A stretch of DNA of 64,000 nucleotides, taken from positions 16,802,001-16,866,000 of the forward strand of contig CAIIXF020000001.1 in the NCBI GenBank assembly GCA_903813345.2. The letters are read 5' to 3'. This DNA is from Owenia fusiformis. Its lineage: Eukaryota. The notes beneath the pieces are model-generated. The model made no database searches and was not told the origin of the DNA. It was given only the letters and a program-made list of their open reading frames with translations. Each line of letters starts with the position of its first letter. Positions within the stretch are counted from its first letter, which is position 1. The translations under genes and the position numbers were made by a program. Positions 1 to 13,083 of the stretch are shown here, piece by piece.

Positions 1-1275
1 AAATGTGCAATACGGAAGCTAATTTTGACCTTTTAATTGCCCTCAAAATGACCAGAAATTGCTATCTGAATAACATGTACCCACATACTCTGATATATTG
101 CAACTTTTTTCAGGTAACCCCTTGATTCCGAAACTTTGCAATCTTATGTAACTTTCCACAATGAAGAGAATGGTATTTAACATGATAGGATGGCAATGCT
201 ACATGTATGAGTTTAGAGGGGGGTGCATACATATGAAACACCCTGTTACGTATACAGTGAAACCTGTCTTAGTGGACACCTCTCTCTTGCAAACACCTGT
301 ATCTATTGAACATTCCTTCTAAGGACATACTCAACTGACCTCTGTATTAAATCACCTCTCTGTAGTGCACCTACCTACAGTGAACACATGTTTTGTGTTC
401 ACTGTACATGTAGTTCATTAATGTTCTACTGTACACACTATTTTGTTAAATGTGATACATGACATCATGTCTTCATGTCCATGAATAAGAAATAGGAAGT
501 AGAAAAATTGAATCTATAATTTGGATGACAATTTGAAATTTCATGCAAAATGTATAGTACTGACACCTTTGTTGCAGGCATACATTTGAAAGATGGAAAT
601 ACTATAATGCACATCTACTCAATTCTGATTTATCTAACCTTCGGGGTCATGAAAAGAATGAATAGATGGGTGGATCAAGACTTCACTTCCCTGTAAATTG
701 TTTTAATTTGGTACTATTTAATTTGGCAGATTGGGCTTTAAAAATTTTGGCTGACTGACCCATCAGTAAAATGTGGATATTGGAGGGCTAGATGCAAATG
801 CCATACCAAACATTATCAATAGTATTACTCACTTCAAAGCACATCACTGATAATGCAATTTTATCTCTCCTGGTATCAGATTACTTTGTATGAACCAGCA
901 CTGACTCCATAAATCTTTGAAAATAGTTAAAACAGACATTTTATCCATGTTATTCCAGATTTTCACCAAAGTTTAATTGTGCAAGGTAGCACATAGAAAA
1001 GTCGCTGGACAAAAATACCCTGGGGATTTTTTTTAAAAATTGGTGGAGACTTAATTTGGAATTTTATCAATCAGCCAAATTAAAGCCGTAGGGTTATCAA
1101 AATTCCTCAGTTCCTTCTTTTATAACTGTTATAATTTGGATCTACTGTATATTATTAACAATAACATAATATTGTATATTGCTCAATACTTTGATGTCTA
1201 TAATCAATATTTTGGATATTATGCATATGATATACAATACAACAAACTATAGGCCTAGCACTGTAGCCAAATTAT

Positions 1276-4200
1276 CTATGGCAGAGTTCCCGCATCTCTA
1301 AATGCTTCAAGTTGCTCTGTAGTGAGTCCAGTTTCTTGACAGATCAGCAATTCATCTATAGCCATACCAACATCCAATGTTACACCTCCGAATATAAACG
1401 GACACTTACTGGACAGGATTGCACCTAGAATAAATATTAACAATATGTAAATAAATATATTAATAAATTATTAATGAAATAATAAATAAGAATAATGGTA
1501 TAAAATATAATTATCAATGAAAATCATCAACTGAATTAAGTCATCATATTTTGGCCGATTTCTCCAAATCGAGGGAACATTGGGACAAATGAATTGCAGT
1601 TCACTTATTCAAAAATTGACAAGAAGATGGAGAAATGCACCAGACTGAAGGACAAACATACAGATGGACAAGTAATAATTCTACAGGTTCACCATCTAAG
1701 CCCAAAAAACAATTTTACAATCAATGATTTTCAAAATTATCAAAAATACCCCTATCTCGCTGAATTGGCCTTAGTCGTATAACCCCAGGGGAACTCCTAC
1801 CATCAAAGGTCTGTTCAATTTCTTCATCCCCAGCTGTAAACTTCAACTTATTGTTGTCATAGACCATTGTTATGAACACCCATTCATTCTCATCAACCAA
1901 CTAGAAACAATCAAACAATTTAAACAAGGTATTAACATGCAAAATGTCACCACCTGATTATAGACACCGATTTGTTACATACGCCAAACTCTGAACGCCG
2001 ACTGCTGGATGCCAAACACCATCCACAAAAAAGTCAGAGACTATAACAATAGTTGAGGTGGTGACATAATTAGCGGGATCAGATGTCCAGATATAACCCC
2101 TTTTTTGTTCGGCTTTTTCAGGAAAGCAACAAACTTGGCACATTTGTAGAAACATATGATTTGAGTGGAAAATGATTTCAGGGCAAGTGGTTGGGGGTGG
2201 TCTTCATGGATTTTTTTACCTCTGACCCCCACCCCTATCAGGTGGGGAGGGGTAAATTATAAAAAATAAATAAAAATGGTTTTAAAGTATTTTTGTTTAA
2301 ATGACTTCATTTGGTGATTGCTTTGAGCCCTGAAATGATGTAAAACTCATTTTAGAAGTGGTATTTAGTGAGGAAAATACATTTTAACCCAATTATCCAG
2401 GAAAAATTCATTATTTAAAGGGCCAAATATGGGACGTCCATTACTGTATTTCAAGAATGTGATGACTAATAGTCTTAAAAAAATTCACAGTAATAGAAGT
2501 ATAAGTGTTTATTGCAGATAGAAAATATTGCTTTGGTAGCTGATGTATTCTCAGAGAAAAAAATTATCGAAATTTCAATTTTTTGGTGCATTTGGCTCAG
2601 GGGTAACCTTATCTTACCTCAATAATTTTTAAGATAGTCAATGTATGCATCTCATATGAGCTCAGAATGGTGCTTCTAGTCTTGTTTTGTCATATTATTG
2701 CTAATTAGATGTACAAAAAAGATTGGAATTAAAATAAAATTCAAATTTTCATTTTCGATTCTGAATGGCCAGGGGTAACCATATTGTACCTTAATAATTT
2801 TCAAAATATGTAATATATCCATCTCAAATGAGCTCAAAATGGTGCATCTAGTCTTGTTTTGTCATAAAATTGCTAATTAGAAGTAAAAAAAAGATTGGAA
2901 TTTTTTTTTAATTTCATTTTCATTTTCGCTTCTGAATGGCCAGGGGTAACCATATTGTACCTTAATAATTTTTAAAATATGTAATATATCCATCTCAAAT
3001 GAGCTCAATATGGTGCATCTAGTCTTTCTTTATCACATTAACCCTAATAAGATGTAGAAAAATGATTGATAATTCTTAAAACTCTAAATTTTCATTTAAG
3101 CTTCAGACGGTCTAGGGGTAACCATGTTTTAGCATAATAATTTTCAAGATATGTAATATATGCATCTCAAATGAGCTCAAAATGGTGCATATAGTCTTGT
3201 TTTATCATACCCCAAATAAGATGTAGAAAATTACTGGACATTTCTTAAAAATCTGAATTTTCTATTTGACCATATTTTTAACATAATAATTTGCAATGTA
3301 TTACATATGCATCTAAAATGAGCTCAAAGTGGTTCATATACCAGAAGTCTTATTATCATATTTCCCCTAATAATATATAAAAACATAATTTGACATTTCT
3401 AAATATCTAATATCTAAATTTTATATTTGATGTTTTGACAGCCCAGGGGTAACCATACTTAAGATAATAATTTTCAATGTATGTTACATATATGCATCTC
3501 AAATGAGCTTGAAATGGTGTATATAATCTTGTTTTGTCATATCATTTCTAAGGAGGTGGAAAAAATGATCAGATTTTGATTTAGCTTTTGACTGGTTATA
3601 GGTGGCCTCATTTTACCATAATAATTTTCAAGATATGTCACATTTGCAACTCAAATAAGCTCAAAATGGCATTTTGTCATATTCATATGTTCATATATTC
3701 ATACTGAGATATAAAATGATAAATCAATGAAGTATTATATAAAGATATAAGGTTTAAGAACACTTGCATCACCTCTGGGTACACCTTCCATTCCTCCAAA
3801 TCAGATGATTTAGAGTAGTAGTTAAATGCAGATGTGACATCCCATAGAATGATTGAATGAAAAATAGGGAGGACTAAACTTTTGTCATGGCCAATTGATC
3901 TTGCAATGTCATGCACAGATAGTTATTGAATGGATTTTCTTTTACCAAATGCAATCCAAGATGTAGTGGGAACAAGAGGGAGCTGTCCTCCTTCCAGGCA
4001 TCAACACTGAACACTGGCGGATTAGGGGGGGGGGCCCAGGGGCCCGGGCCCCCCCCCCTTGGGTGGGCCCAGAAAAAAAAAATTGGGCCCAAAAAAGTTT
4101 TTGGGCCAAACAAGGCCTTCAGGCCCCAAAAAGTGGGCCTTTTTGGGCCCACTTTTGGATTTTAGGGGCCCAAAATTTTTTTCCGCGCAATCGCGGACGT

Positions 4201-7200
4201 TTTTTCTCTGACCTGAAATTTGGGCCCCCCCCCTTGTTGGTTCCTGGATCCGCCCCTGCTGAAACCCTCAAGAACATGGCAAGATGATAGTGACCAAGTA
4301 ATGCAATGTCTTATGCTCCATCAAGGATATTTCTCCATACGAGAGACTGCTTCAATCATTGCCTAATAGTTGATTTTGATGTGGTTTATCCTGGTGGCAA
4401 CTTGTGCTGAAAAACTGAAAATGTCAATTTGGATTGCATATGGTAAGGGGAAATCCTTCCAATACCTACCTGCCCACAATATTACAAGACCACTTGGCCA
4501 TGACCAAAGTTTAGCCCTCCCAATTTTTCATGCAATCACTGGATTTGATATGTCACCTTTGCATTCTACTACTTCTCTAAATCATCTGATTTGAAGGAAT
4601 GGAAGGTGTATACCCAGAGCTATTGCAGTTGTTTTTAAACTTTGAATCTTTTTTTAGAAACATTGCAGTTGTAGAGTAATTTGTTATTCTGATGCATTCT
4701 AACCCACAGTTTCTATCACCACATGAATGTGGTTGGACTACTCCCACTGCTGATACTGAGGCCACAACATATGAAAATGTAGGTCCTATGAGGCGGATAT
4801 CTGTATAATAGCAAAAGATGTTGCATCCGAGGCATGCAAAAAACTTGTTTGATGTTTAAGGAGTGTTGAGGGAACATATGCAAATGTTTGAAATCATATC
4901 TCATTTGCTCTGGGCTATTTAGCCGTAGGGGAGACTGTCAGAATCTATAAATCCTGACCTGTTTTGATTATGTTTTATGGATTTGGATTATATTTTCAAA
5001 TGATTATACACAGAATCTTAACAATGCTACTACTCAGTATAAACTGGACTGTAAAACATTTTCAAATCTTAGAAAAGTGCTCGATAAAACTATAGTACAG
5101 TATTGAGCTACTGGTACTAAAAAGGAATAAATGGATGTTGTGATTCTTTATATAAATAAATAAATGGATGTTGAGATTTTTTATAATTTTTTTAATCATC
5201 ATTTCTAATTTCAGAAGGAATAAATGGCAAAACTTGACTATAATCAACATTTTGAGCTCGTTTGAGTAACAAGTGTGATATATCTTTATTTAAATTATTA
5301 CGGTAAAATGGCATCAAAAGCTAAGGCCGTAAGAATTAGTTTCTTTGTTTTGCGTCCCCTTGCTTGCATGATTTTGAGTAAATCAGAAAAAAACAAACAC
5401 ATCCAAATAGCAACCACAAGGGTCTGAAAGTAACATCGCATTTTATTCAATCAGAATCAGACGAAATGGCGGATAAATTGATGTGCGTCAAAATTGACAG
5501 TGTTATTGATTACTTGGGCATACATTGTGTATTTTTCTTTATTTTTACCCTTGAATAATACCTATATTTAAATATATTGTATAAATGTATAGATCTGTGT
5601 TTGTATCACTGCAAATTGGTATGTCATTCCTTTTAATGCCCATAAAATGTATACATTTCTCAGCAAGCAAGTTTGTGTTTTTTGAGTTTGTGTTTGTTTT
5701 CCTTGTACCCTTGCATGATTTGGATTTTGCAGAACAGAGAATCTAATTCTTATGGCCTAATATGAATATATCATTTTTCAAGTTTCCAAACATTTTTTAC
5801 ATTCCCTAGAAATAATATATGACAAAGGAAGATTAAAAAACCCTTTAAAGCTCATTTGAGATGCATACGTCTTGTACTTTGAAAATAATTAAGGTAAAAT
5901 ATGGCTACCCATAGGCCACAATAAGCTAAAATGAAAATTTAGATTTTTAAGAAATGTAAAATCATTTTTCTACATCTAATCAAGGGTAATCTGATAAAAC
6001 AAAGCTATATGCACCATTTTGTGCTAATTTGAGATGTATATATTACATATCTTGAAAATTATTAAGGTAAAATATGGTTACCCCTGGCCTTTTAGAAGCG
6101 AAAATGAAAATTTGGATTTTTGAAAAATTTCCAATAATTTTTTCACATCTTATTAGGAATAATATGACAAAACAATACTCTATGCATCATTTTGACCTCA
6201 TATGAGATGCATACATTGCATATTTTAAAAATTATTAAGGTAAAATAAGGTTACCCCTGAGCTGCATGCACTTAAAAATTGAAATTTCGAGAATTTTTTT
6301 CTCAAAAAATACATGAGCCATCTGTGGTATATTTTCTATCTGTGATAAACACTTAAACCTCTACTACTATGAATTTTTTCAGGACTATCAGACATCACAT
6401 TCTTGAAATACAGTACTGGATGTTCCGTATTTGGCTCATTAAACAACGAATTATTCTTAGATAATTGGGTTAAAATGAGTTTTTCTTGCTACAGACAACT
6501 TCTTAATTGGGTTTTACACAATTTCAAGCCTCAAAGCAATCACCAAATGAAGTCATTTAAAGAAAAATACTTTAAAACCATTTTTATTTAATTTTAACAA
6601 TATACCCCTCCCAGTCTGGTAGGGGCGGGGGGTCAAAGGCTAAAAAATCCATGAAGACCACCCCAAATCACTTGCCCTGAAATCATTTTTTACTCAGATC
6701 ATATGATTCTACAACTGTGCCAAGTTTGTTGCTTTCCTGAAAAAGCCGAACAAAAAAAGGACATCTGACCCCGCTAAATAGAAAAATATTTGATCAAACG
6801 AGCCATACATACGAGTTTGATATGACGTTTCTTACTAATACGGTAGGTTATGTCCCAGAGTAATGCCTGTAATGCCTTCCCTTTGAAAAGAATTCAGCAA
6901 TGATATTACAATATTAATTTTGCTGTAACTTGCTTTGCACATTTAGATTTACACATTTTTGTTTCTTTTCACATAATCATGTTTTTTTTCAAGTCCCTCA
7001 ATTAGTGACATGAATACAATTTTAAATTTGCATCATTCTGAATCTTTAAGCTTAAACTCACACGAATATACACAAATTCAAAATTTACGTGGATTTAATA
7101 TGTTTTACAGTGTACATGTACTCACAACATCTGAAAACGGTTTGATCTCCTCACTGCGACCAGTTGAGATACCACCCCCAAGGTTCACCTTACCCACGTC

Positions 7201-10200
7201 TCCATTATTGGCAGTCAGGAAGATTGTTGGCGGAAAGTTGTTATAATCCTGAGTGATTTCATCCCCATTGCTACAAATAATCCACAATGATGAAATCTAT
7301 GCAACATCTGATTTTTTTAGTATGGAAGGTCTAACTTATATAAATGTTAAAATTGAAAGAATCATCTTTTATAATAATGACCCACTTTTACATCTGGTAA
7401 GTTTCTTATATCACCGCCACAATTGGTGACATATTGTTATTTATTCCATAGTTAGCATGATATTCATAGGATAACATGTGAAAATAAAAACGGTATTTTT
7501 GTAATCAGTGGTAAAATATGATATTTTTGACAAATTTTCACTTAACCATAACATACGGTTTTTTAGCCATGACATACGACGTCGTATGCGATGGTTTATG
7601 GATTTTTGCTACTTCAGACTCAAAACGAGGCTAAGGGTCAACATCGCCGGATCGTTTGGAAATTCGAATTAAATAACTTAATTTCCGACGATTCTGATGA
7701 TGACTTTAACTATGGAATAAAAAGAACATTCTATGATTTACTCGTGATATGATTTTTACCCACTCATGGATATTGATATCTGCACTCTCTCGCTACGCTC
7801 GCTCGTGCAGATATCATATCCATTCGTGGATAAAAATCATATCACTCATAAATCATAGGATATCCTCTATATATATTTCTTTTATTGACAATTGTATCAA
7901 AACATGACACATTAGTCTGTACAAACTAAACTGTCTTGACTCAAGACAATACTACACTATTAACTAAATGCTAGACTACATTTATAATTTCACTATGTAC
8001 ATGTAATGTAAAATCATTTGCATGAGTTTACAGGCTCTTTATAAAAACTTGATGCATAAAAGATGATAAAAAATGTATTGGCAGTGTAGTACAATTATTG
8101 CAGTTTATTCTAAATTTTGAAAAGACTTGTAAATATATTTGCCAATATGCCTTTGAACAGTAATATTTTGCGAAGACAATAGCATTTTAAAATTTGTTTC
8201 ATTGATTAGAAAATTGGGTCCAAATATTTCTTTCATTTTTTCAAAGAGGACTCTCCTTTGTGCATCATGTTTTTTACAATCAATAAAAAAATGTTTTTCA
8301 TCTTCAACAGATGTACAAGTTAAGCAAAGTCTATCATTTGTTGGAATTGGTTTAGGTTTAGAATACCGGCCTGTTTCAATTCGAAGTTTGTGTGAGCTTA
8401 GTCGAAACCTGGCTATTGATTGTCTATATTTTCTATTATCAAGTTTTGTATAAGTTTCTATGCAAAAGTCATTCTTAAAAGTGTTATATGTACGAAGTAT
8501 AGGAAAGTTATAATTCATATCTGTTCTCCATATATCAACAAAGTTACTTTTCAAGGTTTTTTCAACAATAAGTGGTACTATTTCTATATTATCTAAATTT
8601 TCTTGATCCTCCCAGTATTTTGACATATTAACTTTGTGTAAAATATCATTAACTCTTGAAGCCCAAGTTTGAAAACCAAGTTCATGCATTTCTTTTTCAT
8701 AGGAGTATGCTTTATGTAGTATGTTTGTTGGGGGGAGTTTGAGAATTCTTGTCCCCAAGTCTCCATAAATTGCAGGGCTGGCAGTTTGTCTTTTCACACC
8801 AAGAATTGATTTCATGAATCTTAAATGCACCAGTTCAAGATTATCTATATGTTTTTTTGTTTGCCATATCTCACACCCATATGTTAGAATAGGTGTTACT
8901 AAAGTGTCAAAGAGATGTAAAGCAATATTGACTGGGACATCACCAAATTTCTTATACTGGCTTTTCAGTTTATCTTTTTTAGGGCATTCATGACTTCTAT
9001 AATTTCTATGTTTTTATTTAAGATAGAATCTGATATGTTAAAATCCTTGTTTTCAGTTTTCAGTTTGTTATAGTCTCCGTCTTTCTTCTGGACAGTATTC
9101 AACATTCAGCATTGAGTGGTCTGCGTTCAATGTCTTTAACAAATGGCAGGTGGTGACATTTTGCATGTTAATGCCTTGTATATATCAGTTCTGAATTAGC
9201 TTTTGTATCTCAACCTGTCACACAGATTTTCTCATGTACCATAGACTTAAACTCATTCAATACTGGGCCAAAAAGCACTAAAATACTGACGAAGTTTTGA
9301 AAATTGCCATATATGGTACCTCTGAAATAATATATGTAGTGTATACATAGGGATATATAGTGTTGTATCTCATACTTAAGTGGGTTTGGGATAGATATCA
9401 CCCGGGAATATATATCATATCTGAGGAGCGGGCAGGATATATTGTATATGTCCCGCTCCAGGCCAAATGCGGGCAGATATAATATATCCATCCCGCTCCC
9501 GGGAATTTTTGAAAAGTTTAAAAATGTTTAAAAAAGTATGAGATACACCAGTTATGCACGATCGGTTTGGATACATGGAATATCCCTTGGGATATACAAT
9601 ACATCTTAGATATATTGTATATCCCTCGGGATATTCCCTGTATCCAAAACCTCCCAGTGCATAACCCCTATATATATCATTTTAAAGCATATGATATACT
9701 CTTTCAGAATGAACAGGTTTTTAAGTCCCATTTTATAAGTTGTCATGGTTACAAGATCCCAAAAAATACATTGAGTTTGTGCTTGGACGTGATATCACGT
9801 CCTTAGTAGTGAACGTATGTGCTTTATGACATCATATCATGTCCTTCGTAGCGAATGAGTTAAATACAATTACCTAAACACTGATGAGGCACGCGACTCT
9901 CCATTCAGAAGTCCATCAAACCTCGCAAAGAAGGCAATTGAGAAGCTGTTTCCAAGGTAGGCATCAGCCAGCCTCTCTATGGTCAGACTTCCCGTCTCAT
10001 CCAGCTGTATGTAGTTGCCCTTGTCTGCCAGTCCATTCCGCGAGTCAAAATTGGCAAATCCAGATCTTTTAATGGGAATCCTTTGGTATGCATCAGTCAG
10101 ATTTCCCTCAAAATTCCAGAACATGCATTTACCATTAATGGCATCTGGAATGAAAAAATAGTCATATATACCATTGTTAAGATATGGAACAAGAAAATTA

Positions 10201-12717
10201 GTCACATTTACCATTCATATGGTCTGGAATGTGATAGTGTGGTACCAGTAATCACATGTATTGGGGACATAAATGAGATGAAACATTTACAAGTGGGAAT
10301 AACATCCACTTAAATGTTAAACCTTTTACTATTATTGGTTTCATCTTGATCATAAATTAGCTTTTTGTCTCCAACTATTTATAAATTCTTAATCCTTAGA
10401 TACTGAAGTAATTTTGAGTAGGCCTGTACGCGATTGATCAGTTATACAGTGTACTAACATATCTACTCAGTATTGTACATGTATATTGTTTTTTAAGTGA
10501 GTTTATTGGGTTGAGAGTATTTGGTTTCTGAGAAATGGATTTTGGAGTATTGGGTTTTGGAGTATTGAATTTTAAAGTATTCAATTTTGAGTATTGGGTT
10601 TTAGAGTATTAGATTCTAAAGCTTAAGAATATAAGATTTTATAGTATTGAGTTTCGAAGCATTCGATTTTGGAGTACTGAGTTTCAGAGTATTCGATTCT
10701 AGAGTAATAAGATTCAGAGTATTACACTTTGGAGAATTGAGTTTCAGAGACTGAGTATTAGATTTTGGAGTGTTGGATTCTTGAGTATTGGACTGGGTGT
10801 ACTACATGCCAGTATACCTTTTAAAACTCCTTCACAGCAACAGTCATCAGAGTTGAACACCTGGCCAATGGGACATGTCAATAAAGATCCACCTTGCTGA
10901 TATTGAGTCTCATTTTCTGTAGCTGTATAGACAATAGCATTAATACAGCATTCGTCTGAAATAACATTAACATTCCATTAGCCCCATAAAAGTGAAGCTG
11001 ATTTGGTTTTCTTTCTTATTTTTGACATTTTTATCTTTAACTAATTCCTGCGCATACATACATTCCATGTACTGTTTGAAACATCACCTTTTTTTCATGT
11101 TTTCAATTTATTTCTAATAATGTCATAGATAAATATAAATACAATCAGATGATTTGTCAAAGTTTTGTAACATTGGCGGCATTTAGAATTTGATACATCA
11201 CTGGTACTTTAATTCACCACTCTATAATGCAGTTACATACCACTTGAAAGTTCTTGACATATTTGTAGGTAAAGCAATTTAGTATTTGCATGCAGGGGCT
11301 GTGCATTTGTACGATCCTAGGATTTTTTGGGGAATCCTCAAGATTTAACAAAATTAGAATTCAGATTTTTATCTGAAAATTAATTCGCCTATGTAGGTAA
11401 GATTAGGATAAGATTTATTGTTTGAATTCACCAATGTTAGAATAAATTCCAAAATTACTCCCACAATGCATCATTATCATGATGAAAATCCTTGAATTGT
11501 ACCGATTCATGGCCCAAGAGTATTCTGCATGACACAGAACTGGAGTAGAAAATCGTATTTCTGTCATGATCAATGGAGATTTTAATGAGCTCTTTAAGAA
11601 AGAGAATTTAATTGTAATGATATTGAGCGGTATGAAGTTAGTTTTACCATCTGCCAGTTCATCAGGACATGTGACTGCTGGAGCTGCTTCAACTGAAAAA
11701 TATTGGGAGAAATCTTACACCTTTAAATGTTTTTGTGTTTCGAAATACAACCATATACATATTTACATTTCTATTACTGGGATTTCAACTTTAGTAGATC
11801 GCTCATATTAGAGCCATTTATTTAAGTAGATCACAACTTGCTCTTTTTGGTTGACTCATTATTTTATCTTGGTTATTGAAGTCACATTGAATGGATCATA
11901 GTGATTTGGACCTCTCTAAATGACCATATATTTGCTCCTAATTATCTACTACTAAGTATTCAATATTATATCACCAAAATATGATATTCCTGTGAAATAT
12001 ATCTGTACATCTGGAACAGTTTACATACCTATATTACAGTCTACATCTGGGTTACAGGGAGTTTCTGATGGGTCTAATTTGTTAGGCCAGTCACAATTGC
12101 ATACACCCTGGTTCCACACACTACCTCTAGAACACTGGGTCTCACTGTCGCCTTGACTACCCTTATATCTAAAGTGACAACAGTCTGACCCTTTTTCAAA
12201 CTGACAATCTGAAAAAAATAATTTACGTGTATGTGTTTTTTACTTATGCATGTCATGATACCCCTTTTTGATAAATTATAGTATTATATAATGCCATCCT
12301 ATTGTATGAATGAACATCAGATTTCACTAAAGTATGTCTATCTACAGTAGTATGTTGGCTAATAAACCATATTGTGTTAAGAGACAATTCTACCGCAACC
12401 TTAAGACATGTTAGACACATACCAGTATTAAAGTATTTTGTTTAAAGGTAGACTAAAACATTTTTTAATTCAGATATAACAGTATTTTTAAACTCTTTTA
12501 TCACTTCAACATACAGAGGTGTCCAACTAAATATGTTTTTCTGTATTTGAAAACCAAATCATTTTTAAAAGTTTACCAATCAAATTAAATTATGTGATGA
12601 TTTAAAAAAATTGAAACTCGTCAAATGTCCTTTATTTTCCAACTTACCTGTAGCAACACTCTCCACAGTGTCAACAGTAATACACAGGAACAGCACTAGA
12701 ACTGCTATTCCTCCCAT
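1276..12717 (-). CDS. Secreted protein with chitin-binding type-2-like Cys modules and a C-terminal laminin-G/concanavalin-A-like domain (Pif/LamG3-like), ~365 aa, 8 exons
   Basis: Exons 12717-12648, 12208-12029, 11692-11648, 10955-10818, 10144-9874, 7270-7126, 1900-1801 and 1424-1276. All are GT-AG and phase-compatible, totalling 1098 nt from ATG to TAG. Signal peptide MGGIAVLVLFLCITVDTVES. Cys modules QCSRGSVWNQGVCNCDWP and TCPIGQVFNSDDCCC. LamG-like strands CMFWNFEGNLTD..FSIAFF..NEWVFITMVYD..PFIFGG..AIDELLI. Confidence 0.8.
4012..4258. mobile_element. GC-rich MITE nested in the Academ element
   Basis: Imperfect TIRs CACTGGCGGAT...GGATCCGCCCCTG with G/C homopolymer runs, flanked by the direct repeat CTGAA. 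Confidence 0.6.
5325..5757. mobile_element. PIF/Harbinger-like MITE nested in the Academ element
   Basis: TIRs GGCCGTAAGAATTAG / CTAATTCTTATGGCC, flanked on both sides by TAA. Confidence 0.6.
7868..8975 (-). mobile_element. 5'-truncated non-LTR retrotransposon (ORF2 C-terminus, RTEX/CR1-group-like)
   Basis: ORF 8105-8830 reads HLRFMKSILGVK..IYGDLG..FRLSSHKLRIETGRY..RLCLTC..EDEKHFFIDC. The upstream frame continues LFDTLVTPILTYGCEIW. The 3' end carries AATAAA and an AT-rich tail near 7870. Confidence 0.8.
10500..10795. repeat. Degenerate short-unit (~14-20 bp) tandem repeat, GAGTATTGGGTTTT-like
   Basis: Recurrent gagtatt/agagtatt units inside an intron. Confidence 0.6.
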
Positions 12718-13083
12718 ATTATATGTACCTAAATGATACACACCTACTTGTAATTGATGGTATAGAATATGCCTAAGGGTAGAAGACTTGAAAAGTTTAA
12801 CATGTAGGTGGAAAAGGCAATGTATTTATAAATATATCCAGGAATTGAAAATCTATGAAATACCTGTGGCAATTCAAAATAAACTTTCTCTATATTTAGA
12901 TAACGAAGATTATGTTTAATACAACTTCATATCAGGAACTATTCTTCACTCAGATGGATAATCACATTCAAAACTTTTGATAAATAATACCATATCATAT
13001 ACTTATAACATATCTAGAGTGAGATACATTACTATTTTATTACTATTTAGAATTTGTACCAAAGTCACTCCTCATTAAGAAAT

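Larger units (their letters stand above)
2071..6776. mobile_element. Non-autonomous Academ-type DNA transposon (foldback) with long TIRs and degenerate XPG-nuclease/Cys-finger remnants
   Basis: Termini TAGCGGG...CCCGCTA with a 3-bp TSD AAT (2068-2070 and 6777-6779). About 1 kb of inverted similarity containing ~172-bp subrepeats. Internal remnants WIAYGKGK..LPIFHAITGFD (H3TH-like, consensus LPxFHAxTGCD) and CKCLKSYLICSGLFSRRGDCQN, consistent with the Academ XPG plus Cys8 finger C-terminus. Confidence 0.75.

Noticed and set aside
3874-4287. Gly/Pro-rich ORFs
   Set aside because: They translate the G/C homopolymer runs of a MITE.
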